Source: Spirochaetales bacterium
GTDB lineage: Bacteria > Spirochaetota > Spirochaetia > UBA9216
Direction of reading: 5' to 3'
Length of the DNA: 64,000 bases
Assembly: GCA_016839055.1 (NCBI GenBank)
Contig: JAEKNX010000014.1
Location: 68,051 to 132,050, forward strand
Part shown: one piece after another, positions 30,088-39,562 of the stretch
Layout: every line of letters starts with the position of its first letter
Numbering within the stretch: the stretch's first letter is position 1
The notes under the pieces: generated by a model
The model's database searches: none
The model's input: only the letters and a program-made list of their open reading frames with translations
What the model was told of the DNA's origin: nothing
Translations under genes and position numbers: made by a program

Positions 30088-30390
30088 TTGGAGGAACATA
30101 CTATGACGGACAGAGACGAAAAATATAAAATCGCCCGCAAAAGGGCAAAAGACAAACTCGATTTCCTGAGGCACCTGGTAACATATGTAATTGTTATTGC
30201 TTTTCTCGCTTTCATTAATAACCGCACCTGGGGAGGATATCAGTGGTGGCTATGGGCAGCACTCGGCTGGGGAATAGGTATTGTATCCCATTTCTTCCAG
30301 GTCTATGCTTTCAAGGGAAGCGCCTTTGAGGATCGAATGATTGAAAGGGAGCTTGAGAGAATGGACGACTCGGATAATTCAAAGTTATGA
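30088..30390 (+). CDS. 2TM-domain small membrane protein.
   Basis: Two TM helices with the WGGYQWWLWAALGWGIGIVSHFF pattern typical of PF13239-like proteins. Confidence 0.5.
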   Translation: MEEHTMTDRDEKYKIARKRAKDKLDFLRHLVTYVIVIAFLAFINNRTWGGYQWWLWAALGWGIGIVSHFFQVYAFKGSAFEDRMIERELERMDDSDNSKL

Positions 30391-31235
30391 GATTCTCTAT
30401 AGTCGGTGTTCTAAGCATACTCGGCCTTTTGATTGTACTTACGCTTATGGCCTTTGCTGTTTATACGCTCTTTTTTGACAAACCTTTCTATGAGGCTGAT
30501 TCCTATACTTCCGAATCATTCAGAACCGAAGAAGAATCCGGAACCATAGACTCAGACAGGAAGGTTGACAGACTGGAAATCAGAAACATCTCCGGCCGGA
30601 TTTCAGCTGTCGGTTGGGGCGACAACCAGGTCAGACTCGATTACCGGAAATTCGGCCCCGGTCAGCCCCCGGAGGTTGAGGTAGACTATCAGGGATCAAC
30701 GATGGTCATCAAGGCGGTTTACCCTAAAAAACTTGCAGCATTCGGCTCAATTGATTTTGAAATCAAGGTTCCCGACTCCGTCCGTTACATTGACGCGGGC
30801 TCAGTCAGCGGTTCAATCAGACTCTCGGAAATCGGAAATGATGTGGAGCAGAAACTGTCAACAACATCCGGCTCGGTAAAAACCGATTCCTCCGGCAATC
30901 TTGATATCTCCAGCGTGAGCGGCTCTCTGGAGTTCAGCTCAAGCGGCAGCCGAATTACAGCATCGACCACATCAGGGCGTATTGCAGGAGCACTAGAAGA
31001 AGACCATGGTTCAGGTAAGATAGAACTCAGTTCTGTCTCTGGACGGGTAGTTCTTGAAGTACCCGAAAACCTCAACGCTGATGTTGATCTGCATTCGGTA
31101 AGCGGTTCAGTATCGTCCGACCTCCCTGTTTCGGTAACGGAATCAAGAAAAAAATCATTAAGGGGAAGAATCGGCAGCGGCGGAACCATCATTGACATTG
31201 GAACTGTTTCCGGGTCTATAAAAATCAGGGAGTAA
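30387..31235 (+). CDS. DUF4097 (putative adhesin / LiaG-like beta-helix) protein with an N-terminal membrane anchor.
   Basis: Repeated SVSGS..V...SG..D motifs and a TM anchor. ATGA overlap with the 2TM gene. Confidence 0.55.
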   Translation: MRFSIVGVLSILGLLIVLTLMAFAVYTLFFDKPFYEADSYTSESFRTEEESGTIDSDRKVDRLEIRNISGRISAVGWGDNQVRLDYRKFGPGQPPEVEVDYQGSTMVIKAVYPKKLAAFGSIDFEIKVPDSVRYIDAGSVSGSIRLSEIGNDVEQKLSTTSGSVKTDSSGNLDISSVSGSLEFSSSGSRITASTTSGRIAGALEEDHGSGKIELSSVSGRVVLEVPENLNADVDLHSVSGSVSSDLPVSVTESRKKSLRGRIGSGGTIIDIGTVSGSIKIRE

Positions 31236-31333
31236 CAGGATTAATACTCGGTGGCGGATGTGAGCGGGGGCAAAACAGGCCAGAGGCAGGCTCACGCAAT
31301 ATAAACATTCCTCAGACAGCAATAATTCCCTTT

Positions 31334-32251
31334 TTAAAGACCGAAACCTGTTCTGACAATAATCAGACAGCCCGATAGAAGTACTGCGGTTCCCGCCAGC
31401 TGAACAGGACTGAGCACCTCACCGAACATGAAAAAAGATATCACCGCAGTGAACAATGGTATGAGCAGACTCAGACCCGAGGTCAACGTAACCCCGAGCC
31501 CCTTCAGCGACTGGTAATAACAGGGATACGCGATACCAATACCAATAATCCCCGAGACGGTCAGGATTATCCAGGCTGACGATGGAACAAAGGTAGAGAG
31601 AATCCCCGGACCTTCTTCGAGGAACATGCTCACAAGGAAAAACGGGATAACGAGGGTAAACACCAGGCTTGAGGTGACCATTGACGGAGTATCGGGAAGC
31701 CAGAGTCTGATAAGCAGACTGAAGAAGGCCCATGCTAATGAGCTGATCAGGACGAAAAATATCCCGAAAGCAGAGCCCGCACCGACGGTTCCGGAGAAAA
31801 GAGAAGGAAGCGAAGTCAGGATGACACCGGCAACTGCAAGGGCAAGACCGGCAATAAATAAGGGCTGCCGGATGACTCTCCGTTCGCCCGGGATGAAGAT
31901 GAAGGCAAGTACTACCGCAAACATGATAGTGGACTCCTCCACTATCATGGCAAGACCCGGAAAGATTAGGTACACACCCTTGATGAGAAAAAACTGATGC
32001 GCGAAATTACAAAATGCTATCACAAGCAGCTTCGGCATAGCCCATTTAATCTTTTTAACTGATTCGACTACCCGTCTTCGCCCATAAATTGACAATGTAA
32101 AGATCCATAGAATCAGGATAGCGACGCCGAACCGATAAAAATTCTGAAAGGACACCGAGAACCAATCTCTTACCTGTCTTATCAAAAGCGGGCTTACAGC
32201 CCAGCAGAGCATTGAGCAGAAATTAAATAAAAAAGCTTTCTTCTTATCCAC
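31334..32251 (-). CDS. EamA/DMT-family transporter.
   Basis: 10 predicted TM helices in two duplicated halves. Confidence 0.65.
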   Translation of the reverse strand: MDKKKAFLFNFCSMLCWAVSPLLIRQVRDWFSVSFQNFYRFGVAILILWIFTLSIYGRRRVVESVKKIKWAMPKLLVIAFCNFAHQFFLIKGVYLIFPGLAMIVEESTIMFAVVLAFIFIPGERRVIRQPLFIAGLALAVAGVILTSLPSLFSGTVGAGSAFGIFFVLISSLAWAFFSLLIRLWLPDTPSMVTSSLVFTLVIPFFLVSMFLEEGPGILSTFVPSSAWIILTVSGIIGIGIAYPCYYQSLKGLGVTLTSGLSLLIPLFTAVISFFMFGEVLSPVQLAGTAVLLSGCLIIVRTGFGL

Positions 32252-32332
32252 AATCCGACTCTATTCGTTTAAAATAGAATTTGCTATTACTATAATTAAA
32301 TATTAGACTGATAATAGAGTTGTGACAGAAAG

Positions 32333-33265
32333 ATGGTTTGCGTTAAGAAAAAATCCAAAAAGGGAGTACGGGTTATTTTCCCATTATTAATTATCGGAGT
32401 AATAGCCATAATAATATTATTAGCCGCCCCTTTTGTTGCCTCGGGACAGGTGGAAGCCGTTCCTGTATCATTTTATTTTGAACAGAATATAATTAACCAT
32501 CAGCATTACGCAGACAGCTGCAATATTTCAGTTATGACACTTAATATGGGCCATGGAAGAGGCACCGGAATCAACCAGCTGCTCCAGAGCAGGCGCAGGA
32601 TAACCTCCAATGCCGACAAGATTGCGGAAGTCATTATCAGGGAAGGAGTTCAGGTTACGGGACTTCAGGAAGTCGATGGTCCGGGATTCTGGAACGGGGG
32701 GCTTGATCTGATTGAGCACCTTGCGGAATACTCTGGTTACCCTCACGGCATCTGGACAAAAAACGTGGAAACACCCGCCCTTAGCTACGGAACAGCCCTC
32801 CTTGCAAGCCTGGCCTATTCACACGCCGAATCATACACCTTCAAAGCCAGGCCGATAGTCCTTCCAAAGGGATTCACAACCGGCATCTTCAGGGTCTCAA
32901 AAGAGTCAGACAAACACATCTGCATTGTATCGGTACATCTGGCTCCAGTACTCGGTATTATGAGGCAAAAGCAGGTTGAGACCCTCATCAGCACTCTTAA
33001 GGAAATGGATTATCCCATCATCATAATGGGAGATTTCAACTGCGGTTGGAAAAAAGGATCGGCGTTGAAATATCTTGCTGATCAGATGAATCTAAAAACC
33101 TGGCAACCGGAATCAGACGTTATGGGAACCCATTCCTCCGGACACCGTCGCCTGGACTGGATTCTAATCTCTGAAGATCTTGATTTTCTTAGTTATGAAG
33201 TGATAAATGACCGCCTCTCGGACCATCAGGCTGTAAAAGCCGTAATCCGATGCGGGATAGAATAG
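32333..33265 (+). CDS. Membrane-anchored endonuclease/exonuclease/phosphatase (EEP) family protein.
   Basis: EEP motifs LQEVD, IMGDFN and SDH. N-terminal TM helix. Confidence 0.6.
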   Translation: MVCVKKKSKKGVRVIFPLLIIGVIAIIILLAAPFVASGQVEAVPVSFYFEQNIINHQHYADSCNISVMTLNMGHGRGTGINQLLQSRRRITSNADKIAEVIIREGVQVTGLQEVDGPGFWNGGLDLIEHLAEYSGYPHGIWTKNVETPALSYGTALLASLAYSHAESYTFKARPIVLPKGFTTGIFRVSKESDKHICIVSVHLAPVLGIMRQKQVETLISTLKEMDYPIIIMGDFNCGWKKGSALKYLADQMNLKTWQPESDVMGTHSSGHRRLDWILISEDLDFLSYEVINDRLSDHQAVKAVIRCGIE

Positions 33266-33267
33266 AA

Positions 33268-33297
33268 GCCCTTGAAAAACCGAGGCTTTTCAAGGGC
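33268..33297. terminator. Hairpin GCCCTTGAAAA-N8-TTTTCAAGGGC between a convergent EEP gene (+) and the rbr-dfx-rub operon (-).
   Basis: 11-bp perfect stem read from the sequence. On the minus strand it is followed by a U-rich run. Confidence 0.5.
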
Positions 33298-33305
33298 CAT
33301 ACTAA

Positions 33306-33467
33306 TTAATCTTCGGCTGTGAAATCGTCTTTGGCCGCGCCGCAGAGCGGGCATACCCAGTCTTCCGGGAGATCAGCAAAAGCTGTTCCGGCATCAACAC
33401 CATTATCAGGGTCGCCTTCTTCGGGATCATATACGTACCCGCATACGTCACATACATATTTCTGCAT
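33306..33467 (-). CDS. rub: Rubredoxin (53 aa). It is not in the ORF track, which only lists ORFs of 60 aa or longer.
   Basis: Manual translation gives [53 protein letters not shown]. Both CxxCG rubredoxin knuckles are present. RBS GGAGGA 7 nt upstream. Confidence 0.9.
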   Translation of the reverse strand: MQKYVCDVCGYVYDPEEGDPDNGVDAGTAFADLPEDWVCPLCGAAKDDFTAED

Positions 33468-33497
33468 AATTATCCTCCTATTTATTGGTTTTTATTA

Positions 33498-33875
33498 TTA
33501 AGCTTTCCATAGACCGTGAAGATTACAATATTCACGGGCTGTTACTTTATCATGATGTCCGCAGAGGAATTCTACAGAAGGTTCATCACCGGGTGACAGG
33601 AATTTCCTGCAACTCTTACCGTCAAAATCAAGCTCTATCCATTCAATGAAATGCTCATCAAGCATCGGATGAAGAGTACTTCCGACAGTCACCTTGTAAC
33701 CTCCGCTAATCTTATCAATAACAGGAACATGCTTTTCTGTAGCCGAGTCAGCTGTTTTTTCGGATAGAGCTTCCATCGGCTGTCCACAGCATACTAATTC
33801 ACCTTCGGCGCCATGAACCACTTCAACAACATTTCCGCAGAGATTACATTTATAAATAACTTTGTTTTTTGTCAT
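33498..33875 (-). CDS. dfx: Desulfoferrodoxin (2Fe superoxide reductase).
   Basis: N-terminal [22 protein letters not shown] (desulforedoxin domain). C-terminal HVPV...H...CNLHGLW (SOR centre II). Start trimmed to ATG 33875 with RBS GGAGAA; the track start 33899 is a GTG. Confidence 0.9.
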   Translation of the reverse strand: MTKNKVIYKCNLCGNVVEVVHGAEGELVCCGQPMEALSEKTADSATEKHVPVIDKISGGYKVTVGSTLHPMLDEHFIEWIELDFDGKSCRKFLSPGDEPSVEFLCGHHDKVTAREYCNLHGLWKA

Positions 33876-33885
33876 TTTATTCTCC

Positions 33886-34461
33886 TTACCAGTTTTCACT
33901 TAATATTTCAAAATAAGCCTGAGGATGCAGACATGCCGGACATAATTCCGGGGCTTCCGTACCCTCATGCAAATAACCGCAATTCAAACAGCGCCAGACA
34001 ACTTTTTCAGATTTCTTAAAAACGGTTCCGGATGCAAGGTTTGCAAGCAGACCGACGTAACGCGCTTCATGCTGCTTCTCGGCTACTCCGATTGACTCAT
34101 ACATTTTTGCAACGGCGTCAAAACCTTCACTCGCGGCTATTCTCGCAAACTCAGGGTAAAGCTCCGTCCACTCCTCATGTTCTCCGCCGGCTGCCGCCTT
34201 CAGATTCTCTGCGGTAGTTCCAATCTTTCCAGCCGGATACATTGCGGTAATCTCAACGCCGCCGCCCTCGAGAAACTTGAACATTCGCTCAGCATGTTCT
34301 TTTTCCTGATTCGCTGTTTCTTCAAATATCTGCGATACCTGAACAAACCCTTCCTTCTTTGCCGCACTTGCAAAAAAAGTGTATCTGTTTCTTGCCTGAG
34401 ACTCACCAGCAAAGGATTTAAGCAGATTCTTTTCAGTCTCTGTTCCTTTTATACTTTTCAT
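33886..34461 (-). CDS. rbr: Rubrerythrin.
   Basis: Di-iron ferritin-like domain (E..EKEHAE) plus a C-terminal rubredoxin-like CLNCG...CPAC. Confidence 0.9.
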   Translation of the reverse strand: MKSIKGTETEKNLLKSFAGESQARNRYTFFASAAKKEGFVQVSQIFEETANQEKEHAERMFKFLEGGGVEITAMYPAGKIGTTAENLKAAAGGEHEEWTELYPEFARIAASEGFDAVAKMYESIGVAEKQHEARYVGLLANLASGTVFKKSEKVVWRCLNCGYLHEGTEAPELCPACLHPQAYFEILSENW

Positions 34462-34470
34462 GAAAGACTC

Positions 34471-35316
34471 CTATAATAAGATTTCTTTTTCTAATTCAGA
34501 ATAAGACAGATCAGGATGGATGCCTATCCTCGACATACTAAAATCATACTTCACTGGATCTGCTTTGTCAATTAATTTAAGATTTGACGTTATCTGTTTT
34601 ACCGTTTTCATATCGGCGATCTTTCTTTCAGTCAGGCCCAGAAAACTGCTCACCCTCATAACATGGGTATCAAGGGGAACCAGAAGAAGCCCAGGATCAA
34701 GCTCCCACATGCCGGGGTCAATACAGTCCTTACGCACAACCCACCGAAGAAAGAGGTTCATCCGCTTGCAGGCGCTTCCGCCCCCGGGATTTGGGACAAC
34801 ATTCCGATGCCCCGGACCGATTCCAGTCTCAGTTAAATCACGGCCGTCGTTGATTGCCTCTGCAATCCCTGACAGCCCTGCGATGATATAATCCTGTCCA
34901 AGATCTCTGATTGCCTTGGCCTTTGTCTTGAAACAATTCTCAATGCTTCCGTTTTCGATGTAAATTCTTCTCAGGCCTATAAGAAATCTCGATATATCAT
35001 CCGGAGAATAGAATCTGTATTTAAAATCTCTGAAATCACCGGCTATTTCTTTTTCACTCCGGCGGCAGAGCCCATCAAGGGGAGACCCCAGCCGCCCGAA
35101 GAGACTCTCGAGAAACGAAATTATCTGATTTACCCGGCCAAGAGCGAAAGAGGAGGCAATAAAGGCTGCGGCTTCAATATCAAGAGGCAGCTCATACCTG
35201 CGCGGAAAGATCAGCGGGTCGGGATTGATATATTCAGGTTTATGATATTTCCGGTAAAAACCCTCGAGAATGGTTCCAGCCTGCCCGGTAGATAAAGGCT
35301 TTGTACTTTCTGTCAT
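34471..35316 (-). CDS. Uncharacterized conserved protein, TIGR02757/DUF2400-like.
   Basis: It resembles the conserved hypothetical family TIGR02757 (recollection only). It sits immediately upstream of rbr on the same strand. Confidence 0.35.
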   Translation of the reverse strand: MTESTKPLSTGQAGTILEGFYRKYHKPEYINPDPLIFPRRYELPLDIEAAAFIASSFALGRVNQIISFLESLFGRLGSPLDGLCRRSEKEIAGDFRDFKYRFYSPDDISRFLIGLRRIYIENGSIENCFKTKAKAIRDLGQDYIIAGLSGIAEAINDGRDLTETGIGPGHRNVVPNPGGGSACKRMNLFLRWVVRKDCIDPGMWELDPGLLLVPLDTHVMRVSSFLGLTERKIADMKTVKQITSNLKLIDKADPVKYDFSMSRIGIHPDLSYSELEKEILL

Positions 35317-35333
35317 ATGAAAAGATACGGAAT

Positions 35334-36659
35334 CTATACCGGGAATTCAAGCAATATATGTTTCTTTTTATATGTTATTTTACAGTCAAGCTGCCGGCAG
35401 AATCCTTCAATCAACTTAAGTCCTGTTTTACCGTTTTCGGCTCCCAGGACAGCCTTGTTCTCACCATCACTGTAGCGGGCAGAAACAATCCCATCATGTT
35501 TTGTCACAATGAGGCTGATGATGGATGTGTCCCCCGTAATGGCGTACTTAAAACTGTTTGTCAAAAGCTCACTGATTATCATGCCGAGAGGCAGAACCTT
35601 CCCGGCCTCAAGCGAGAACTCGTCAACAATCACTTTTGCTCTTATCATCGCGGGCTCGGGGGTCATTGCGGTAATATTTTTCCAGACCAGCTTCTCAAGA
35701 TACTTATTAAGCGGGATATTATTACAGCCGTTGTTATCAGAGAGCTGCTCATGAAGTTCGCCGATGGCATCAATCCGGTTTTTAAGTCCCCGGATTTTAT
35801 CGGTAACATCACTATCTTTAATACTGGAGAAGGTTAAATCTATCAAGCTTGAGATCATAAACAGACTGTTTTTTATCCGGTGGTTTGCTTCCTGAATACA
35901 GTAATTTTCTTTTCTGTTGTCCCCGCGCTTTGGGCTTGCCGCGCGGCCTAACTCAGATATCGGACAAAAACCTTCTGTAGACCGCGCCCCGGCATCTTCA
36001 ATGGACGAGGGAAGGTCGATAACCGAGAAATCCGACAAGTAGAGGCCACAACATTCACCTGTCCGTTGACAGAGGCCGTAGACTGCGGCATTTGTACCCT
36101 CCTCCCGTTTTCGGCTGGTAAAGAACTCCTGCGGTTTAAAGAGCGTGCTGCAGCTCTCGCCGGTAAATTTGTGATTATAATTTATTTTAACTTGCGCATG
36201 ATCAATCCAGGCAGCTGCCATCTTGTCAAAATTATCATTATATCCTCTTGAATATCTTTTTTCATCTATTTCGAGCGATTCAGCGCTCTGGAGCAGGCTC
36301 TCATGAAGTACCGGGGCGGTATTGCGGTAGGAAGCTGATATCTTTCTAATAAACGATGCGGCATGCGGACTCTTGATATTGAGCTCCTGCTCATAAAGCT
36401 TAAGAAGAAAAAGAATGAAGGTTCCCTCATAAATATCGAAACCGGGGATCGTTCCGAGAATTTCAGTTTCCTCAAGCCCAATCCGGCTATCTCTTTCCCA
36501 TATTGGCAGGCTCAGGCTGAGTTGATCGATATATCTGCCGACCGTGGAACGATGAATACCCATTCTTCTGGCAATTTCTGCTCTTCTTAGCCCTTCGGGG
36601 TGAGCCTCAAGCATTGCCGTTAGCTGATTCATTCTGCCATCTTTATTTTTAATTGCCAT
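35334..36659 (-). CDS. Hybrid regulator with an N-terminal winged-HTH DNA-binding domain, a Cys-rich central region, and a HisKA_2-type histidine kinase plus HATPase_c.
   Basis: N-terminus LRRAEIARRMGIHRSTVGRYIDQL (HTH). Central GLCQRTGECCGLY. H-box EANHRIKNSLFMISSLIDL (HisKA_2/HWE type). C-terminal GHKL ATPase motifs. Confidence 0.6.
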   Translation of the reverse strand: MAIKNKDGRMNQLTAMLEAHPEGLRRAEIARRMGIHRSTVGRYIDQLSLSLPIWERDSRIGLEETEILGTIPGFDIYEGTFILFLLKLYEQELNIKSPHAASFIRKISASYRNTAPVLHESLLQSAESLEIDEKRYSRGYNDNFDKMAAAWIDHAQVKINYNHKFTGESCSTLFKPQEFFTSRKREEGTNAAVYGLCQRTGECCGLYLSDFSVIDLPSSIEDAGARSTEGFCPISELGRAASPKRGDNRKENYCIQEANHRIKNSLFMISSLIDLTFSSIKDSDVTDKIRGLKNRIDAIGELHEQLSDNNGCNNIPLNKYLEKLVWKNITAMTPEPAMIRAKVIVDEFSLEAGKVLPLGMIISELLTNSFKYAITGDTSIISLIVTKHDGIVSARYSDGENKAVLGAENGKTGLKLIEGFCRQLDCKITYKKKHILLEFPV

Positions 36660-36737
36660 AATTTTGATATATCTTACAGCCTATCTGTTGCATAAGCTGC
36701 AACAGAAATCTTATTTTTTATATATATCCGAAAAAAA

Positions 36738-37196
36738 TCATACCTTCTGTAAGAATACCTGTAGTTTCACAGGTTCAATCCGGAACGGGCTGCCCTTTCC
36801 CTGAAAAAAACAATGATCCCGAATCAGGTGAATACCAAGATCCGTATACAAAAACTCCTCGCCTGTTTCCGCATTCCTGACTGTTATTACGGTCTTTCTA
36901 AACAAGCCGGGGTGAGAGAAGGGACATGGAAGCTTGCCTCTAATTGAATCGGCCTTTGCTTCATATCCGGCCTTCAGACTAATAAAATCCCCGAGGCCCC
37001 CGAGCGCTTTCTCCATAATCTCCTGGAGTTTATCGGCAACTTCATCCGGAATCATGCCGAGTTTTTCCAGTTCGGCCGCGTCATGCTCAATGATCTGCTC
37101 AATATCTCTCTTGTCATCTCCAAGAAATCCGTGAAGAGAGATTACACCGGGTCTCATATTATTCACAACCTTCTTCATTGCAGGGTTTTCTTTCAT
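36738..37196 (-). CDS. Hypothetical protein (152 aa) encoded directly downstream of nqrF.
   Basis: Start trimmed to ATG 37196 with a strong RBS GGAGGAAAGA. No domain recognised. Confidence 0.45.
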   Translation of the reverse strand: MKENPAMKKVVNNMRPGVISLHGFLGDDKRDIEQIIEHDAAELEKLGMIPDEVADKLQEIMEKALGGLGDFISLKAGYEAKADSIRGKLPCPFSHPGLFRKTVITVRNAETGEEFLYTDLGIHLIRDHCFFQGKGSPFRIEPVKLQVFLQKV

Positions 37197-37256
37197 TCTT
37201 TCCTCCAAGTAAATAGCCGCCCAGGATGGGCGGTGTATAGAGCCCACCCGCCGCGC

Positions 37257-38366
37257 TCAGGCGAATTTATCATAAAAAATCAGTTCTCCAGGTACACCTT
37301 TTTCCGTTAGAACCTTAATGCAGGCGTCTATCATACCGGGACTACCGCAGAGATAGGCTTCAACATTATCACCCGACTCAAGATGTCGTGCTACAGCATC
37401 GGTTACCCAGCCGGTTTCGCCGTCCCAGTCTTCACCCTCATCCGGATTCGAGAGAACAGGTATGTATTTATAATTGGGCAGCCTCTTGGTAATCTCGGCC
37501 ATCTCTTCAGGTAGAACCAGATCTCGGCGGCTCCTGGCCCCGTAGAAATAGCTTACCTTTCTTCTGTTTCCCTTCTCTGCCATATCCAGGAGAATTGATT
37601 TAATAGGTGCATTACCCGAGCCGCCGGCTATGCAGACTATATCCCGCTCGGTATCGCGGAGATGAAAATCACCATAGGGGCCGTTAATAGTTACAGTATC
37701 CCCTTCTTTCAAATACTGATGAATCCAGGTTGTGCAGATTCCTTCAGGAACAAGCCGAATCTCAAGCTCAACAACATCGGTCTCTGAAGGTACAGACGAT
37801 ACCGAATAAGCCCTGAACACCTGCTCGTCGCTCAGTTTGTATTCGGGAGTCAGAATCTGTACAAACTGCCCGGCTTTAAACTCGATAATCTCCGGCTTGA
37901 TGAGCTTCAGCCTGAGCTCCTTGATATCATAGGTAAGATCCTTGAGACTCTCAACCTTCGCGGAAAACTGCTTTACACTGAAAAGTTCCTCAGGAATGAG
38001 GATCTCCATATCGTTCTTAACCTTAACCTGACAGGAAAGCCTGACATTCCGGGCCTGCTCCTCTTTACTGATCCAGGGAAGCTCGGTAGGCAGATACTGC
38101 CCCGCACCGGACTCGATCCTCAGCTTACACAGCCCGCATGAGCCTCGCCCGCCGCAGGCTGACGGAATGAAGATTTCCTCTTCCATCAGCGTCGACAGCA
38201 GCGAGCGGCCGCCCTTTACCGTGAGTTCCTTCTTGCCGTTTATAGTAATCTTGCACTCGCCGTAATTCGCTATGAAGGCATCGGCCACAACAAGGATTAT
38301 CGCGAGGAATACCGTCAGCGCGGTTATTGCTCCAATGCTTATTAATAAAGTTGATATTGAAAACAC
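37257..38366 (-). CDS. nqrF: Na+-translocating NADH:quinone oxidoreductase subunit F.
   Basis: N-terminal TM helix. 2Fe-2S ferredoxin cysteines (CGGRGSCGLC...C). FAD/NADH-binding FNR-like domain (RAYS..S, GGSGNAP). Confidence 0.85.
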   Translation of the reverse strand: MFSISTLLISIGAITALTVFLAIILVVADAFIANYGECKITINGKKELTVKGGRSLLSTLMEEEIFIPSACGGRGSCGLCKLRIESGAGQYLPTELPWISKEEQARNVRLSCQVKVKNDMEILIPEELFSVKQFSAKVESLKDLTYDIKELRLKLIKPEIIEFKAGQFVQILTPEYKLSDEQVFRAYSVSSVPSETDVVELEIRLVPEGICTTWIHQYLKEGDTVTINGPYGDFHLRDTERDIVCIAGGSGNAPIKSILLDMAEKGNRRKVSYFYGARSRRDLVLPEEMAEITKRLPNYKYIPVLSNPDEGEDWDGETGWVTDAVARHLESGDNVEAYLCGSPGMIDACIKVLTEKGVPGELIFYDKFA

Positions 38367-38375
38367 CGAAGCCTC

Positions 38376-38969
38376 CTAACTGATGTTAATCATGCCGGAA
38401 AAGCCCATGAAAGCAAGGGCCATCATTCCCGCAATTATAAGGGTGATTCCGGGACCTTCCAGACCCTTCGGTATACTGGCACCGGCTATCTTCTTTCGGA
38501 TCCCGGCCATCGCGAGGATGGCCAGAAACCAGCCTACACCGCTGCCGAGTCCGTAAAAAAATGAGGAAACAAGGCTGTAATTCCTTATAACCATGAAAAG
38601 ACTCACTCCGAGAATAGCACAGTTGACGGTTATAAGCGGAAGGAAAATCCCAAGCGCCGCATACAACCCTTCGCTGACCCGCTCTATTATCATCTCTACC
38701 AGCTGGACAAAGGCCGCAATCACAACGATGAACACTATAAAACGGAGATATTCAAGGTGAAGCGGAATCAGCAGGTAATGGTAGACAATCCAGTTAAGTA
38801 GGGTCGTAACCGCCATTACGAAGATAACCGCTGCCCCGAGGCCGGTTGAAGTCTTTATTTCCTTCGAGACCGAAAGAAATGAACACATTCCCAGATAATT
38901 TGAAAGAAGGATGTTCCCGGTAAATATTGCCCCGAAAAATATCGCGGCGGGCATCATATCAGCGTTCAT
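38376..38969 (-). CDS. nqrE: Nqr subunit E.
   Basis: Six-TM NqrE/RnfA family protein. Its position between the nqrD and nqrF genes. Confidence 0.8.
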   Translation of the reverse strand: MNADMMPAAIFFGAIFTGNILLSNYLGMCSFLSVSKEIKTSTGLGAAVIFVMAVTTLLNWIVYHYLLIPLHLEYLRFIVFIVVIAAFVQLVEMIIERVSEGLYAALGIFLPLITVNCAILGVSLFMVIRNYSLVSSFFYGLGSGVGWFLAILAMAGIRKKIAGASIPKGLEGPGITLIIAGMMALAFMGFSGMINIS

Positions 38970-39562
38970 TCGGCCATCCTCCCTTTAACTATCCAGATAA
39001 AAATCGCCAGCATGAAGAAGGCCCCCGGAGGCATTATCATAATTGCCCAGTTACTCCACCAGTCTCCGAATACGGAAAATCCCCATATTGTTCCAGAACC
39101 CAGCAGCTCACGGAAGAAGGCAATTATTATTAGCACATAAGCATAGCCGATACCTGAGGACAGGCCGTCAATAAGGCTCAGTCCCGGCGGATTACTGGCT
39201 GCGAATGCTTCCATACGTCCCATGACTATACAGTTTGTAATTATAAGCCCGACATAGGGGCCAAGCTGCTGCCAGATATCCGGCATGTATGCCTTGAGCA
39301 CAATATCAACAATAATTACAAAGGTCGCGATTATCAGTGTTTCAACCATCATCCTAATTCGCGCAGGAATTACCTTCCTTAAAATAGAAAAGGTGAAGGA
39401 TGACAGGGTTGTTGTAAATATTACTCCAAGTGTCATCACTATCGTGTTCTCAAGCTTGTTCGTAACCGCGAGGGTTGAACAGATTCCGAGAATCTGTACG
39501 AAAACCGGATTTTCTTTTCCAAGAGGAGTTATAAATGTTTTTACTATCTTTCCCGAAGCCAT
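38966..39562 (-). CDS. nqrD: Nqr subunit D.
   Basis: NqrD/RnfE family pattern GICSTLAVTNK. Confidence 0.8.
   Translation of the reverse strand: MASGKIVKTFITPLGKENPVFVQILGICSTLAVTNKLENTIVMTLGVIFTTTLSSFTFSILRKVIPARIRMMVETLIIATFVIIVDIVLKAYMPDIWQQLGPYVGLIITNCIVMGRMEAFAASNPPGLSLIDGLSSGIGYAYVLIIIAFFRELLGSGTIWGFSVFGDWWSNWAIMIMPPGAFFMLAIFIWIVKGRMAE

Noticed and set aside
33319-33501. 60-aa plus-strand ORF.
   Set aside because: It is antisense to the bona fide rubredoxin gene, has low complexity, and is an artefact of the rubredoxin gene's GC-rich codons.
36771-36782. GGTTCAATCCGG resembling a tRNA T-arm.
   Set aside because: No acceptor or anticodon stem can be built around it. It lies inside the C-terminal coding region of the 152-aa ORF.
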